Positions 36,932 to 48,995 are shown, numbered from the stretch's first letter. The stretch is 64,000 bases of DNA from Mobula hypostoma (GCF_963921235.1 NC_086107.1:114454001-114518000); one strand, 5' to 3'. Notes: a model not told the origin generated them from the sequence alone. A program made the numbers and translations.

Positions 36932-37698
36932 CACCGGTTCAGTGTCCGGCAAACCCTCATGCAGACGCAGAGGTCTCGCTGGCTCAGGTAGCGAAAGACG
37001 GCAAGCCAGGCGTGACGCTGGAGTACATGGTCGGTCCCTGAGTCCAGGGGCAGAGAGTCTGGCTCCGGGCTGTCAGGGGGAGGCTTCACCACGTGCCTCT
37101 CCATCTGCAGGGGCCTGGGAGGCGAGGAGATGGGTGGCCGGCTCAGGAACGGACTGCGGGGTGCCGGCACCTGGGGGCGAGGGGGCTTGAGACGCCCTGA
37201 CCCCTGGGCCGCCCCCTGCCCCTGACCTGGGCCCTGCCTCATCCGTTCCCGGCGGGATCCCGGCTGCCCCTCCTTCCCCTGCGGCTGCTCCCTCAGCCGG
37301 GCCCTGCCGTTGCGGGGAGGGTCTGCCTCCTCCCCACGACCCTCCTCCTCCTCCGCCTCTTCCTCCTCTTCTTCATCCTCCTCACTGGCACTGAAGCCCA
37401 GGGCAGCTGCCGTGGTCCCGCGTTCCCTCCCATTGGAGCCGAGCCTGCCCCCTCCATCGCTGCTCTCCTCTTCCTCCTCCTCCTCGTCTTCCTCCTCCTC
37501 ACCACCCCTCCCTTCCTCAGAGTCCTGGGAGTCGGAATCGGAGTCGGAGGCCGAGCTGGAGCTGGAGCTGGAGCTGCGGGTCTGGCTCACCCGCTCCAGC
37601 ATCTGGCACATGCGCTTGAAGTGCTCCAGCTTCTCGCGCTGGGGAGTGCGCTCACTGGCCAGGGCGCCGTCCTCCGGCCCGCGGACCACCTTCTGTTT
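36932..37698 (-). CDS. FBXL19: FBXL19 exon 6, Ser/acidic linker and F-box
   Basis: cacag|KQKVV...[19 protein letters not shown]...[22 protein letters not shown]...[25 protein letters not shown](W)|gtgagt; 767 nt, phase 0-2. Confidence 0.95.
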
Positions 37699-37759
37699 CT
37701 GTGGGGTGGGGGTGGAGAGTGAGGGAGGTGAAAGCAATCCAGGTCCCCCACCCAAACAC

Positions 37760-38040
37760 ACACCCGCCCACGTGCAGGGGTCTCTCACAGTCCAGTCACA
37801 CCCACCCCCAAGTGCAGGGGTCTGTCACAGTCCAGTCCCCCCCCCCACGTGCAGGGGTCTCTCACAGTCCAGTCACCCCCCCCAACACCCCAAAACACAC
37901 ACACACACACACACACCCCCCCACGTGCAGGGGTCTCTCACAGTCCAGTCACCCACCCCCAAACACACACACACACCCCCACGTGCAGGGGTCGCTCACA
38001 GTCCAGTCACACACACCCCCACGTGCAGGGGTCTCTCACG
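37760..38040. repeat. Minisatellite, ~6 units, with variable (CA)n
   Basis: CCCACGTGCAGGGGTCTCTCACAGTCCAGTCAC repeated just upstream of the exon 6 acceptor. Confidence 0.92.
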
Positions 38041-38289
38041 TAGAGAGTGACACAGCCTATGAAGATTTATTTATTGGCCTTCAGGCACTTTGAGCAGCAC
38101 CGGCCAGCAGTTGCCCAATTTAACCCTCGCCAAACCGTGGAACAATTTACCCTGAACCGCACGGGGTCACAGGGAGGAGGTACAAACACCTGACAGGCAG
38201 CGGTGGGTGGCTGGTTCTGTAAAGAGTTGTGCTAACCACCCTGCTGATAATCCTCCCCCACCACACACATCATATGCACTGTCCCACTT

Positions 38290-39625
38290 GGTCATGGGTC
38301 TATCTAAATGGCTCATAAGCATTTCTAACCATTACCCGTCCTGGCTGCAAATTTCAGGCACCCACCACTCCCTGTGCACAGAACAGATTTTTTTCTCCTT
38401 TTAAGTATTACCTCTTTCACTGTAAACCTCTGGTATTTGTCATTTAGATCTTGGGAAAAGGGTGTACGTTTAGTAGGCTAATTGTATTAATGCCTCTCAG
38501 CATCCTGGTGAAGCCCTGAACCATTTCTGCATCCTCTCCAAAGCCTCCACATCCTTCCTGTAAACGGGCAACCAGAACTGTACAGAATATTCCAAGTTGT
38601 TTAACTAAAGCTTTCTACACCTTGCCGACTTTTACACTCAAATCTCCTAGCAACGAAGACAAGCACACTTTACATCTTCATTAGCATCGCTACTTGCAGG
38701 GAGCTAAGGACTTGGACCTCAACAACTTTCTTTTTGCACTATTTTGAAAATAAAACAGTGCAACACAATACAGGCCCTTCGGCCCACAATGTTGTGCCAA
38801 ACCTTTAGTCTACTCCACAATCAATCTAACCCTTCCCTCTCACATATGCTTTCTTAACAATTCTACCAAGTTGCCTGGCAGCTTTGAGGTATCTATGGAC
38901 CAAGGTCCCTCTGTTCCTCCGTGTGGTTAAGAATCCTGCCATTAAACTTGTGCTCTGCCTTCATGTTCCACCTTCCTGAGTTTATCGCTTCTCACTTTTC
39001 CAGACTGCAGGTCATCTGCCACGTCTCAGCCTAGCTTTGCATCCTATCAATGTCCTGTTGTAACCTACGACAACCTTCTTCACTATCCACCCCACCACCA
39101 CCCTTTGTGTCATCTGCAAACTTACTAAACCCACCTTGTACTTCCTCATCAAGTTCATTTACAAAAATCACAGAGAGCAGGCATCCCCTAACAGATCCCT
39201 GAGGAGTACCACGGATCACCGACTAGTTCCACCTACAACCATCCTCTGCCTTCTGTGGAGAAGCCAATTCCAAATTCATGCTGCTACGTTTCCACTGATC
39301 CCATGCTTCCTAACTGTATGAATGAGGTTTCCATATGGAACACCTTTAAATAAGTTAATAAATCCCATATACACCCTGTCCACTGCTCGACCTTCACCAC
39401 TTCAATTCATCACTTCCTTGAAAAGGTCAGTCAGGCTCGAGAAGCACGACCTGCCCCTCACAAGGCCATGCTAATTATTCCTGGTAAGACTATTCCTATC
39501 CAAATGCTCGAAAATCTGTCATTAAGAATCCTCTCCATTAGTTTGCCCATCACTGATTTACAATTCTCAGGATTACCTTCCTGAGCAGAGGAATGTCATT
39601 TGCAGGGTACTACTCCTGTGGCCAG
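38290..39625 (-). mobile_element. Decayed CR1 LINE
   Basis: GTPQGSVRGCLLSVIFVNELD...SKFADDTK...RLQQDID (ORF 39031-39219). Confidence 0.88.
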
Positions 39626-40324
39626 GAAGCACACAGAAAATTATTATTTTATAAAAATTTGTTGAGATACAGTGTAGAATAGGCCCTTCCAGCCCTTCAA
39701 GCTGTGTTGCCCAGCAATCCCTGATTAAATCCTAGCCTAGTCACAGGACAATTTACAATGACCAATTAACTTAACAACCAGTACGCCTTTGGACTGTGGG
39801 AGGAAACCCATGCACTGACGGGGAGACTGTACAAGTTCCTTACAGACAGCAGGGTTTTGTAATTTAGACTACTGCAACTGCACCATGGGCAATCTCAAGC
39901 CCAGCTGCAAAAAGAGGAAGGTTGGACATGGGGCCAGCAACCCCATCCTGTAAAAAGCCAGAGGTACAGAAACACCAAAGACCTCACCCCGGGAGAAGAA
40001 GACATGTGAAGTCATTTGGTGAAAGTGGAAGCCACAGAGTCGATCAACCTTGAATCGGTCCAAGTCAGAGGAGTCTGATGAGCTGCTGACAGTGGCCTAT
40101 GCCCCAGAAGACAATGACTTGTGCCGCAAAACAAGTTTCACATCAGCTGTCAGTAATAACAAATCTGACTCTGCCTCCACGGATGCTGCTCGACCCAGAG
40201 ATTTGTTTCAGCTTGTTCCAGTCTGTTCAGTCTTTAATCCCCTGCCTGTGCTCTGGAACAGCACGTTAAAGTGGAGCGCCATGTTATGTCAATTGGCGAG
40301 ACCGCACTGAGAAAGTCAGACGTT

Positions 40325-40770
40325 AAGAGAAGAATTAGACCATTAATGCTCCGCCATTCCATCATGGCTGACTTAATTTCCCCCTCTCCCCATTCTCCTG
40401 TCTTCTCCTCATAACCTTTCATAATATGACTAATCAAGAACATCGACCACTACTTTAAATATACCCAATGACTTAGCTTCCACAGCAGTCTTTAGAAATG
40501 AATCCCACAGACTCACCACACTCTGCCTAAAGAAATTCTCTATCTTAAACAGATGTCCTTCTATTCTGAGGCTGAGGCCGTGCTCTCTGGTCCCAGACTC
40601 TCCCGCTGTAGGAGAGATCCATCCACATCCACTCTATCTAGGCCTTTCAATATTTAATGGGTTTCAATGAGATCCCCCCTCATTCTTCTGAACTCCAGTG
40701 AGTAAACCCCGGGACAGCCAAACATTCCCCGTACGTTAACTTTTTCATCCCCAGGATCACTCTCGTAAAT
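40325..40770 (-). mobile_element. CR1 LINE 3' fragment
   Basis: Reverse-complement homology to the CR1 3' ends at 7400-7840 and 42000-42390. Confidence 0.8.
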
Positions 40771-40944
40771 GGGAGAATTATGTGCAGCTCTTGTCACCCC
40801 ATTACAGGATGGGTGAGGTTAAGCTGGAGAGGATGCAGAAGATGATTCACAGGGATTGTGCTCAAATTAGGAGGAGAGACTGGACCGGCCGGAGCTGTGA
40901 TGATCCGGACGGTAACAGAGGGGACAACGGGTGGTTTCTCTCAC

Positions 40945-41136
40945 CTTCTTCCGGGGCCCGGCATCCACTGGCCCATCCCTCTCCTTTTTCCTCTTGTGAC
41001 CCTCTTCGCCTTTCCTGTGGTTGGGGGCCAGATACTCATCCGTCCGATGCCTGCTACCCTCCTCGAGCTTCCAGCGGGGTCCCTCCTCACCATCAGAGCG
41101 TCTCTTCCCTCCGCCCTCCGTCTGGTCCTTCCCGTC
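40945..41136 (-). CDS. FBXL19: FBXL19 exon 5, charged linker with basic NLS-like clusters
   Basis: ccccag|DGKDQTEGGGKRRSDGEEGPRWKL...HKRKKERDGPVDAGPRKK|gtgaga; 192 nt, phase 0-0. Confidence 0.88.
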
Positions 41137-41472
41137 CTGGGGGGCAGGGGCGAAAGAGAGGGCAGCAGAATGAGAGGTCAAGTGAGAGGGAGCGTGGGGC
41201 ACTACGGCAGAACTGGAAGGATGAACTGAGGAAGAGAGTGAGGGGAAGAGGCGGGACAGACCACAGAGCTTGTGAATGAGGAAACGCCAGCTGGGAGAGA
41301 GTGCAGGGGAGACTAGGAGAAAGAAGGGGGATAGAGAGAAGAACAGGGAGAGTGGGTGGTTAGGCAAGAGGGCTGGGATGTGGTCTGGGGAAAGGCTAGT
41401 GGGAGGGTGGGGACGGCATCACTCTCTGCCCTGCACGTACTGACTGAGCTCTGCTTTGCGATTAGGACCCAC

Positions 41473-41559
41473 CTTGCTCGACCTGCCTTCCTTCCGACAC
41501 TTGGGACATTCCCAGCAGTTGGGAATCTCATCGTTGATGATGCCCTCGACGTCGTAAAC
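41473..41559 (-). CDS. FBXL19: FBXL19 exon 4, PHD finger C-terminal part
   Basis: ttcag|[29 protein letters not shown]|gtgggt; 87 nt, phase 0-0. Confidence 0.95.
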
Positions 41560-41688
41560 CTGAACACAGAGGTGAAACACAGCAGTGAGATTAGGACGGG
41601 TTGTTGGGGGGGCGGGGGAATGAATGGAGGAGGGAGGTGAACGGAGGGGTTTGAGGGCAGAGGAGGAAAGGAAGAGGAGGATGAAGAG

Positions 41689-42398
41689 GGACCAGTCATT
41701 GAAAGTGGGCATGCAGGTACAGCAGGCGGTGAAAAAGGCGAATGGTATGCTGGCATTTATAGCGAGAGGATTCGAGTACAGGAGCAGGGAGGTACTACTG
41801 CAGTTGTACAAGGCCTTGGTGAGACCACACCTGGAGTATTGTGTGCAGTTTTGGTCCCCTAATCTGAGGAAAGACATCTTTGTCATAGAGGGAGTACAAA
41901 GAAGGTTCACCAGATTGATTCCTGGGATGGCAGGACTTTCATATGAAGAAAGACTGGATGAATTGGGCTTGTACTCGTTGGAATTTAGAAGATTGAGGGA
42001 GGAATCTGATTGAAACGTATAAGATCCTAAAGGGATTGGACAGGCTAGATGCAGGAAGATTGTTCCCGATGTTGGGGAAGTCCAGAACGAGGGGTCACAG
42101 TTTGAGGACAGAGGGGAAGCCTTTTAGGACCGAGATTAGGAAAAACTTCTTCACACAGAGAGTGGTGAATCTGTGGAATTCTCTGCCACAGGAAACAGTT
42201 GAGGCCAGTTCATTGGCTATATTTAAGAGGAAGTTAGATATGGCCCTTGTGGCTAAATGGATCGGGGGTATGGAGAGAAGGCAGGTACAGGGTTCTGAGT
42301 TGGATGATCAGCCATGATTGTACTGAATGGCGATGCAGGCTCGAAGGGCCGAATGGCCTACTCCTGCACCTATTTTCTATGTTTTCTATGTTTCTATG
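41689..42398 (+). mobile_element. Young 5'-truncated CR1 LINE with (TTTCTATG)n tail
   Basis: [19 protein letters not shown]...RKNFFTQRVVNLWNSLP; tail repeats; candidate target-site duplication ATGAAGAG at 41681 and 42396. Confidence 0.93.
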
Positions 42399-42817
42399 AA
42401 GAGAGAGGGGAATGCTCTGCCAAACGCGACCCCTGTGCCTAAGGATATGTGTGGGGGCAGTTAGCTAGGAAATACAGGCCCACGTGAGCAGGAAGACGCA
42501 GATGCATGCAAGCAGCAGAGAAACACGGCTCCAGCATAAAATGAGTTGGGGCTAAAGTGCAGTCTCTGAATAGAGAGGCACTGGGGGAGTGGGTCTGAGG
42601 TAAGGGCAGAGAGAGGGAGGATGGACTGAGAATGAGAGTGAAAACAGAGGGACAGTGACGGCAGCACTGAGGGAGGAGGGTAGGCAGGTAAAACTATGAG
42701 GCAGCAGTGTGAGAAGACACCAATATCAAGGATATTGAGCTTAAACCCCAATCCTCTCCCCACCACCCTGGATCCATGCGCTCTCTCCATCGACTCACCT
42801 CCCCACGCCTCACCCAC

Positions 42818-42961
42818 CTTCAGACAGCCCGGGTGGACGATCTCATTACAGATGGTGCACTCCATCAGGGACAGGTTAAACTTCTCGGATTCTCCTTCCA
42901 CTGAATCCTCTTTGCCTGCTTCCCAACACATTAGGCAGACGGCTGTATGAGGGAGCACCGG
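42818..42961 (-). CDS. FBXL19: FBXL19 exon 3, PHD finger N-terminal part
   Basis: cag|[48 protein letters not shown]|gtgggt; 144 nt, phase 0-0; EAGKED..EG and [19 protein letters not shown] are FBXL19-like. Confidence 0.96.
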
Positions 42962-43074
42962 CTGTTGGGGTAAGAACAGGTCAGTGCAGGGACCCAGGAG
43001 CAGATGGAGGTACTGCCTTGCAGTTAGCTAGTCCTGACTGCCTGCACTGCTTGAGAAGACAAGGAGTAAGAGTG

Positions 43075-44520
43075 AGCTTCACTCTGTGTCTGACCCCGGG
43101 AGTGTGTGATGGGACGGTGCAGAGGGAGCTTCACTCTGTGTCTGACCCCGGGAGTGTGTGATGGGACGGTGTGGAGGGAGATTCACTCAGTGTCTGACAC
43201 CGGGAGTGTGTGATGGGACAGTGTGGAGGGAGCTTCACTCTGTGTCTGACCCCGGGAGTGTGTGATAGGACGGTATAGAAGGAGCTTCACTCTGTGTCTG
43301 ATCCCGGGAGTGTGTGATGGGACGGTGTGGAGGGAGATTCACTCTGTGTCTGACCCCGGGAGTGTGTGATGGGACGGTGTGGAGGGAGTTTCACTCTGTG
43401 TCTGACCCCGGGAGTGTGTGATGGGACGGTGTGGAGGGAGCTTCACTCTGTGTCTGACCCCGGGAGTGTGTGATGGGACGGTGTGGAGGGAGATTCACTC
43501 TGTGTCTGACCCCGGGAGTGTGTGATGGGACGGTGTGGAGGGAGTTTCACTCTGTGTCTGACCCCGGGAGTGTGTGATGGGACGGTGTGGAGGGAGTTTC
43601 ACTCTGTGTCTGACCCCGGGAGTGTGTGATGGGACGGTGTGGAGGGAGATTCACTCTGTGTCTGACCCCGGGAGTGTGTGATGGGACGGTGTGGAGGGAG
43701 TTTCACTCTGTGTCTGACCCCGGGAGTGTGTGATGGGACGGTGTGGAGGGAGATTCACTCAGTGTCTGACACCGGGAGTGTGTGATGGGACAGTGTGGAG
43801 GGAGATTCACTCTGTGTCTGACCCCGGGAGTGTGCAATGGGACGGTGAGGAGGGAGATTCACTCTGTGTCTGACCCCGGGAGTGTGTGATGGGACGGTGT
43901 GGAGGGAGCTTCACTCTGTGTCTGACCCCGGCAGTGTGTGATGGGACCGTGTGGAGGAAGATTCACTCTGTGTCTGACCCCGGGAGTGTGTGATGGGACG
44001 GTATGGAAGGAGCTTCACTCTGTGTCTGATCCCGGGAGTGTGTGATGGGACGGTGTGGAGGGAGATTCACTCTGTGTCTGACCCCGGGAGTGTGTGATGG
44101 GACGGTGTGGAGGGAGATTCACTCTGTGTCTGACCCCGGGAGTGTGTGATGGGACGGTGTGGAGGGAGTTTCACTCTGTGTCTGACCCCGGGAGTGTGTG
44201 ATGGGACGGTGTGGAGGGAGATTCACTCTGTGTCTGACCCCGGGAGTGTGTGATGGGACGGTGTGGAGGGAGATTCACTCTGTGTCTGACCCCGGGAGTG
44301 TGTGATGGGACGGTGTGGAGGGAGTTTCACTCTGTGTCTGACCCCGGGAGTGTGTGATGGGACGGTGTGGAGGGAGTTTCACTCTGTGTCTGACCCCGGG
44401 AGTGTGTGATGGGACGATCTGGAGGGAGATTCACTCTGTGTCTGATCCCGGGAGTGTGTGATGGGACGGTGTGGAGGGAGATTCACTCTGTGTCTGACCC
44501 CGGGAGTGTGCGATGGGACG
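43075..44520. repeat. 52-bp minisatellite, ~28 copies, FBXL19 intron 2
   Basis: TTCACTCTGTGTCTGACCCCGGGAGTGTGTGATGGGACGGTGTGGAGGGAGA in highly homogeneous tandem copies. Confidence 0.98.
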
Positions 44521-44615
44521 ATGCAGTAGGAGCCTCATTTGGAGTGTGACGCATGAGATCACCATGTCCCTCCCCGAGACAGAGACCAACACCGCACTCC
44601 CCCCATCCCACTCAC

Positions 44616-44834
44616 TGCCGTGCACTGTCGCAGAAGGCAGGACTGCTTCATGCGGCCGGGACCCCCGAACTTCTTCATGTCCTTGCAGAAGTGGCACTCG
44701 CCGCACTCGCTCTTCTGGCAGGCATCGCACTTTCGGCAGCGGGTCCTTCTGCGCCGGGCCCCGCTCGCTCCCTTGCTGGAGGGCACCTTCGGTGCTGAGG
44801 ACATTGGTGCTTTCGGCTTTACCTTGGCCTTGGA
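44616..44834 (-). CDS. FBXL19: FBXL19 exon 2, CxxC zinc finger
   Basis: ctgcag|[16 protein letters not shown]...[49 protein letters not shown]|gtgagt; KDM2/FBXL19-type CxxC; internal ATG at 44804. Confidence 0.96.
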
Positions 44835-45229
44835 CTGCAGGGAGGAGGGGCAGCAATCAATGGGGTGGGGCACAGAGCAGACACCTTCCCGTATCAACCT
44901 GGTTGGACTCATCTCTCCCAACACTAGCCCCCCGCCCCTCCCACCTTCCCTACCCCAGACTTATTCACGAGGGTCTGGCGAGGGACAGCTTCAGGAAGCC
45001 AGACGGGTGGGAGCAGCCAGAACACCAGGTTGAGAGCTGGCCCAGGGCAAGGTAAGATTTCACTTTTCACACTGTGTGGGCTGTCGGGATACGTGGTGGG
45101 TGGGTGGGCGAAGAAACAGAGTATTGCCAAGTCAACGTAGAGACTGTTGGTCGGGGGTGAGAGAAAGAGGATCTGCACTGGAAGGATTGGAGGGGTAGGT
45201 GGAGAGAGCTTTGAATAAATTGCAGTGGA

Positions 45230-45730
45230 TGATTAGAACTGGCCAGTCAAGGGACATCCGTCTATTTTGAGGCTGTGTCCTCTGGATCCAGAGTGCCCCA
45301 CTATAGGAAACATCCACACATTCACTCTATCCAGGTTGCAAGGAGATCCCCTCCTCATTCTTCTAAGCTCTAATGAATATAGGCCCAGAGACAACAAATA
45401 CTCCTTGTATGTTAATCCTTTTCTGATCATTGCTGTGAACCTCCAATGCCAGTACATCTTTTCTTGGTTATGGAGCCCAAAACTGCTCAGAATACTGTAG
45501 ATGTTGTCTGACCTGCATGTTATAAAGCCTCAGCATTACATCCTTGCTCATATATTCTAGTCCTCTCAAATGAATGCGAACACTGCATTTGCCTTCCTCA
45601 TCACCAACTCCACTTGCAAGTTAACCCTTCGGGAATCCAGCACAAGGGACTCACAAGTCCCTTGCAGCTCTGATTTTTGGAATTTGCTCCCTGTCTAGAA
45701 CACTGCCTTCGTCTTTGCTTTCTTTATGAA
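45230..45730 (-). mobile_element. Decayed CR1 fragment interrupted by a younger LINE
   Basis: KGLTYKEYLLSLGLYSLELRRMR; homology appears to resume briefly at about 46531-46560. Confidence 0.8.
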
Positions 45731-45732
45731 AT

Positions 45733-46530
45733 GTGTGCCGACAACAACCTGGCCCTTAACACCCAGAAGACCAAGGACATTGTGGACTTCAGGCATGCTA
45801 GGAGTCACAGTCATGTCCCCATCTATATCAACGGAGCTGTAGTGGAGCGTGTATCAAGCTTCAAATTCCTTGGTGCCCACATTTCCAATGATCTCACCTG
45901 GTCCCTGAACTCCTCCATCCTGATCAAAAAGACACAACAGTGCCTTTATTTCCTGCGGAGCATCAAGAAAGCTCACCTCTGTCCCAGGATACTGACGGAC
46001 CTTTACCGCTGTACCATTGAGAGTATACTCATCAACTGCATCTCAGTGTGGTATGGCAATTGTCCCGTATCGGACCGCAAAGCACTCCAGCGTGTGGTGA
46101 AAACTGCCCAGCGGATTATCAGCACCCAGTTGCCCACTATTGAGAACATCTACCATAAACGCTGCCTGGGCAGGGTAAAACGCATTATCAAGGATGCATC
46201 TCACCCTAACCATGGACTTTTTACTCTCCTCCCATCCGGTAGGCGCTACAGGAGCCTCCGCTCCCGCACCAGCAGGCACAGGAAGAGCTTCTTCCCTGAG
46301 GCTGTGACACTGCTGAACCTCACATCACAGCGCTAAGCAGTATTGCACCCATATTGTACTGTCTCAGTACTTTTATATTTGTGTGCTGTAGCACTTAATT
46401 TTTATTCCCAGTTATTTTGTAAATAACACTATTCTTTGCATTTCTGGTCAGATACTAACTGCATTTCAGTGACTTTGTATCTGTACTCGGCACAATGACA
46501 ATAAAGTTGAACCTAATCTAATCTAATCTA
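45733..46530 (+). mobile_element. Young Rex1/Babar-type LINE 3' end with (AATCT)n tail
   Basis: Open ~200 aa: CADNNLALNTQKTK.IVDFR...VERVSSFKFLG...YRCTIESIL..CISVWYGN...LFTLLPSGRRYRS; AATAAA then CTAAT repeats. Confidence 0.92.
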
Positions 46531-46819
46531 GCATCATCTTACACTTCCTTACACTGTGCCTTAAATTTGTGGGAATACTTTCTAATTAAAATGAATAGCA
46601 TCAGGACAACAGGGGTATTTTTGTGACGGAATAATTTCTCAATGGCATATGGGATGTCCACTGTTGGGGACTATTCTGGAATTATGACATTATGGATAGC
46701 CAAATTATGGATGAACAAAAGTGCTCACTAGTCTTCAAGAAAAAAAACCTGTAAATAATTTTGCGTAGCATTCGGATACTATCCTATTGAAACTAACAGG
46801 GAAGTCAATAGATAGTGCA

Positions 46820-47295
46820 GGACACATTTCCCATTTTAATTCCATTCCCCATTCCGACATGTCGATCCATGGCCTCCTCTTCTGCCATGATGTGGAGCAA
46901 CACCTCAGATTCCATCTGGGTACCCTCAAACCTGATGGCATGAACATCGAATTCTCTAATGTGCAGTATTTTTCCCCCTGTTCCCCTTCCCTCTTTAATT
47001 CCCCACTCTGGACCCCCATCTTACCTCCTCTCACCTGCCTATCACCTCTCCCTGGTTCCCCTCCCCCCGTCTTTCTGCCTTGGTCCACTCTCCTTTCCCA
47101 TCGGACTCCTTCCTCTCCAAGCTTCTTCCTTCATCGCTGCTCACCCACCTTCCCCCTCAACTGACAGTTGTACTCTTCCCACCCTCCTCACCATCTTCCA
47201 CCTTCCCCTCCCGCCCTGCAGAAGGGTCTCAGACTGAAACATTGACTGTTTAATCATTTCCATTGATGCTGTCTGACCCGCTGAGTTCCTGCAGC

Positions 47296-47297
<2 letters not shown>
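46820..47297 (+). mobile_element. Penelope-like element 3' fragment (GIY-YIG C-terminus plus terminal repeat)
   Basis: SHFNSIPHSDMSIHGLLFCHDVEQHLRFHLGTLKPDGMNIEFSN, followed by a pyrimidine-rich UTR and a degenerate hammerhead at 47216-47249. Confidence 0.75.
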
Positions 47298-47331
<34 letters not shown>

Positions 47332-47388
47332 TGTGAGAGAGAGTGTGTGTGTGTGTGTGTGGAGTGTGTGTGTGAGTGTGAGAGTGTG

Positions 47389-47419
<31 letters not shown>

Positions 47420-47529
47420 GAGTGTGTGTGGAGTGTGTGTGGAGTGTGTGTGTGTGTGTGTGTGTGAGTGAGTGTGTGTGGAGTGTGAGTGAGTGTGTGT
47501 GTGTGTGTGTGAGTGAGTGAGTGTGTGTG

Positions 47530-47567
<38 letters not shown>

Positions 47568-47617
47568 AGTGTGTGTGGAGTGTGTGTGTGTGTGTGTGTG
47601 TGTGTGGAGTGTGTGTG

Positions 47618-47664
<47 letters not shown>

Positions 47665-47680
47665 AGTGAGTGTGGAGTGT

Positions 47681-47715
<35 letters not shown>

Positions 47716-47757
47716 GAATCTGTGTGTGTGTGTGTGTGTGGAATCTGTGTGTGTGTG

Positions 47758-47789
<32 letters not shown>

Positions 47790-47795
47790 TGCGTG
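47298..47795. repeat. Compound (GT)n/(GCGT)n microsatellite
   Basis: About 500 bp of GT repeats interrupted by GGA/GA, grown from the end of a Penelope-like fragment. Confidence 0.98.
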
Positions 47796-48259
47796 CAACA
47801 GATCTGTTCTCTCTCCCACCTGGTGAGTTGTACATTCACGGAGCTGTGCTTCAATGCTGTAACAAAGAGGGTATATTTTGGGAGGCTGGTTTTAGGAACA
47901 GACACCAGTATTGAATATTCAAAGGGGTTCTGCCAGTTGGGATGTGCTGCCAATGTAATTCAGTGAATTTACCTGACTACACTGTAAATGTTAAAGTGGG
48001 CAATTATAGCAATTGAAACTGTAGCTGATCCTATATTGTTTCATTTGTGTTAAATAAATATAAAGCATTCTATCAGGAGAGTGTGTTTCTCCTGGATTCT
48101 CTCTCCTGAAGGTTCGCTGTGTGAATAAAGACTTGTGTTTCCCAGTAATGGCTTCCATGTGATTCAGTTTTAGTTCAGTCACAGCATGGTTAACACTATG
48201 CTTTACAGTACCCACCACCTGGGCTCCATGCCAGCCCGTGCCAGAAGGGCAAAGGGCAT

Positions 48260-48995
48260 CACACACAAAATGCTGGAGGAACACAGATCAGGCAGCATCA
48301 ATGGAACCTACCAGCCTTCTCCTTCGCACCCTCCCCCCACCTTCTGCCCCTTCCCTCTACAGTCCTGATGAAGGGTTCCGGCCCGAAACGTTGACCGATC
48401 TTTTACACGGATGCTGCCCGACCTGCTGAGTTCCTCCAGCGGGTTGTGAGTGTATCAATGGAGATGAATACATAGTTGATGTTGGGCCAAGACACTTCTT
48501 CAGGACTGCAAAGGAAGGGGGTAGATGCCAGAATAAAGAGGTGGGGAGAAGGGAAGGAGGGCCATCTAAAAGGTGATAGGTGGAAAAGGTAAAGGTACTG
48601 AATATGACAGGAGAGAGGACCATGGAAGAAAGGGAAGGCGGGGGGGGGGGGATCAGGGAGAGAAAAGAGGCTGGAGTGGGGAAGAGAAGACGGAACAAGA
48701 ATTTGATGGTCATGCCATCAGGATGGAGGTTACTTATGAGGTGTTGCTCCTCCACCCTGAGAGTGGCCTCTTGGATGCGTTTGTGTTCATTAGTTGAGGC
48801 ACTGAGCCCAAGATTTACCATACAAAACACTGGGAAAACTCAGCAGGTTAGACAGCATCTAAGGAGGGGGATAAACAGTCGATGGTTTAGGGGGTGATTC
48901 TGGAAATGAAGGAGACAGAAGCCCGAATAAGGTGGTGGGGGGGCGGGGGTCAGCATTTTGTGATTTCCCGCATCTGCAGAATCTCTTCAGTCTGC
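48260..48995. mobile_element. Cluster of oppositely oriented Penelope-like fragments
   Basis: Minus-strand EATLRVEEQHLISNLHPDGM remnant; hammerhead-bearing terminal repeats on both strands. Confidence 0.7.
48360..48397 (+). ncRNA. Minimal type I hammerhead ribozyme motif
   Basis: CAGTC-CTGATGA-A-GGG ttccgg CCC-GAAA-C-GTT-GACCG: conserved core, stem II, and stem I with one mismatch. Confidence 0.6.

Noticed and set aside
37702..40944. An additional short basic FBXL19 exon between exons 5 and 6, as I recall in mammals
   Set aside because: No convincing candidate with splice sites found by eye; exons 5 and 6 join in frame without it.
43075..44520. CRISPR-like array of regular repeats
   Set aside because: Units are directly tandem with no unique spacers and no cas genes, in a vertebrate intron.
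47141..47966. His/Thr-rich and Val/Cys-rich ORFs
   Set aside because: Translations of the (GT)n microsatellite.
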